This document shows, piece by piece, positions 62,846 to 64,000 of a DNA stretch of 64,000 nt (positions within the stretch are counted from its first letter, which is position 1; each line of letters opens with the position of its first letter). The position numbers and the translations under genes are program-made. Source of the DNA: Microthyrium microscopicum. Taxonomy: Eukaryota. The notes below the pieces were generated by a model that did not search any database, was not told the origin of the DNA, and saw nothing but the letters and a program-made list of their open reading frames with translations. The stretch is taken from contig MU004240.1 in the NCBI GenBank assembly GCA_010405405.1, forward strand, positions 386,316 through 450,315, read 5' to 3'.

Positions 62846-63768
62846 CGTGATGTTGAACGGTGTAGTCTGGCTGGGCGCCGCATGGTGTTCAACGAGCGCA
62901 ATTGAGCTTGTTGATGAGTACGAATGCTACCGATGGAGCTTTTGATACCGCTCCAGTAAATTGGAGGGCGTAAAAATAAGATTTCATGAAGCTGAATGAG
63001 TGTTTGGAAAGGAGAGAAGAGACGAGGTTGTGGAAACCGGATAATGCTTCCGATCTTCTCCATGGATTTTGGTGGGGCTATCCGATCAATATAATGGATA
63101 AAATAAATGGCCATACTTTCATTTAACAACTTATTTGATTCTCATCGAGTCCGCACTGGAGCTCTTGGACTAATGAATAGAATCAGAATTAAGGATCCTG
63201 GGTATGCTCTTGCTGTGGTGGTAGACATCACACTTGATGAGAGCATGCCATTGATTTGTCCACCCAGTTAGCGAACTCTCCTTGTAATGCCATAATTTGT
63301 AGCTGCATTTACGCTAGTAATACGGGAGCAATCGAATGAACACGTTGTACATTACATCATGCTACAGAAACGAAGCGAATATCACGAATGCCGACGATAC
63401 CAAGCAGCATTACCTTCCTCCTATCTAACGCCGACGCTATTGCAACAAAACACAGAGCTCTGGTACTTACCAGAAAAGCAGTATAAACAAGCATTGCGCC
63501 GTCATTACCTTTCACACACTCTTCTTCTCCTCCTCCTTAGACACCAGGCTTCCGAGAGTTGACCAGGTCGAAGTGCTTTCAGCGGCTCCAGATGGATCGA
63601 CTCGGTCTACGAGGCGCTGCTCGATTGGATTCCATGTGACATGCCTGATGTGAGATCGTCCCCCGTCGCATGCATCGTATTCTGCTTGGCCTATATCAGT
63701 CAGCACATAAAAGTTGTGTGAGCCGATGATATGTATATATTTGGAGCAGGGTTGAGTTTGCTGGGATC

Positions 63769-64000
63769 CTAACTCAGTGCAGTATCATTCAGCGCAACAC
63801 ACACAGCTCCTCTGTGATGTCCATTGTATTGTCGAATGATAGATCTGCTACTCAGCTCCCAAAGTCTCGCATTGTGGTCGGAACACGCGGTAACCAGGTA
63901 GGCACTATCTGCGCTGAATGCACAATCCCACACCCAACGTTGATGGCCATGTAGTGTCATTTCCAGGGGAAACTTCTCGGGCTCTCCAGCTTCTACTGAA
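63769..64000 (-). CDS. LST8: TOR complex subunit Lst8 (WD40), 3' end only
   Basis: GHQRWVWDCAFSADSAYLVTACSDH.ARLWEL...YNGHHRGAVCVALND. Confidence 0.93.
   Translation of the reverse strand, partial: SVEAGEPEKFPLEMTLHGHQRWVWDCAFSADSAYLVTACSDHNARLWELSSRSIIRQYNGHHRGAVCVALNDTALS

Overview
Gene-dense 64 kb of eukaryotic DNA from a filamentous ascomycete fungus. It has short GT-AG introns with CTRAC/CTAAT branch sites and Pezizomycotina-type housekeeping genes; the exact taxon cannot be determined from the sequence alone. About 28 protein-coding genes can be reconstructed: two NmrA-like reductases, bZIP KapC-like, Sec4/Rab8, Nca2, S6K-like Psk1/Ypk3 kinase, Vps22, Rpl7, Clg1-like cyclin, PyrG/Ura3, Atg27, glutathione reductase, a small secreted Cys-rich protein, Rho1, CtsD-like aspartic protease, Ccz1, Fmt1, an MFS sugar transporter, Sfm1, a twin-Zn2Cys6 factor, Ptc6, the 3' end of Lst8 and several hypotheticals. 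Non-coding highlights: (i) a full-length Fot1/pogo DNA transposon in the pyrG promoter, inactivated only by four RIP-type TAG stops; (ii) an intronic C/D snoRNA in RPL7 intron 2 that guides the 25S Gm805-equivalent site; (iii) an AUG-led hairpin upstream of the S6K-like kinase whose loop holds a single in-frame UAG in an A-to-I-editing-like context; (iv) tandem CreA-type sites and CGG arrays in promoters. All gene identities come from recognising motifs by eye; no database searches were run.
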